Source: an uncultured delta proteobacterium (GTDB taxonomy: Bacteria; Desulfobacterota; Binatia; Bin18). Taken from it: DNA of 26,336 nucleotides. This document shows positions 26,264 through 26,336 of this stretch, piece after piece. The stretch spans positions 1 through 26,336 of the forward strand of contig CAVTCR010000043.1 of the NCBI GenBank assembly GCA_963733195.1. The letters run 5' to 3'. Every line of letters starts with the position of its first letter. The first letter of the stretch is position 1. Made by a program: the position numbers and the translations under genes. A model generated the notes under the pieces. It searched no databases. It was not told the DNA's origin and worked only from the letters and a program-made list of their open reading frames with translations.

Positions 26264-26336
26264 ATGGTGCTCTCGCAAATCATTTGAAAAGCTCAGTTCG
26301 TGGAGAAACTAGCCGCAAAACACGGTGTCTCCGTGG
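26264..26336 (+). pseudogene. Start of a BrnT-like toxin gene with an in-frame TGA, running off the window (cassette 5)
   Basis: Reads MVLSQII*KAQFVEKLAAKHGVSV, resembling the BrnT N-terminus (W...K...KHGVS) with TGA 26285-26287 at the Trp position. Extended -10 TGCTATTAT lies 7 nt before the ATG. Confidence 0.5.

Larger units (their letters stand above)
20575..26336 (+). mobile_element. Integron gene-cassette array without an integrase in the window (CALIN-like)
   Basis: Four same-orientation attC-like sites, each downstream of + strand genes. Cassette ends are complementary (GTTCGGCGGC/GCCGCCGAAC and GTTGGGCAGCAAG/CTTGCTGCCCAAC). The left boundary is uncertain and the array runs off the right edge. 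Confidence 0.8.

Noticed and set aside
19924-26287. Stop-codon recoding (TAG 19924, TGA 26285) as pyrrolysine, selenocysteine or an alternative code
   Set aside because: TGA and TAG terminate many intact genes here, the positions fit Ser and Trp codons one substitution away, and indel errors are frequent nearby.

Overview
Bacterial chromosomal window with two parts. (1) 1-20.2 kb is a regulatory and catabolic backbone: a 5'-truncated TPR-like membrane protein, an ECF sigma/zinc anti-sigma pair, a class III nucleotide cyclase-TolB-TPR protein, epoxide hydrolase, amidase, three luciferase-like (LLM) oxidoreductases, rhodanese, an atypical crotonase, a YigE-like protein, an aspartyl protease, a PhyH dioxygenase and a lanthanide-type methanol dehydrogenase cluster (xoxF-xoxJ-cytochrome c), with REP-like palindromes between genes. 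(2) From about 20.4 kb to the end is an integron cassette array: four attC-like sites (21234-21331, 22109-22198, 23146-23244, 26152-26214) and no integrase in the window. Cassette ends are exactly complementary for two cassettes. The largest cassette (about 3 kb) holds a BsuBI/PstI-type restriction-modification pair split by an inverted Xre-HTH plus PD-(D/E)xK nuclease module, the best candidate for an undescribed defence system here. A BrnT-like toxin cassette starts at the right edge. Many single-base frameshifts appear beyond 11 kb, probably sequencing or consensus errors, so pseudogene calls are provisional. All family assignments come from motifs read by eye; no searches were run.
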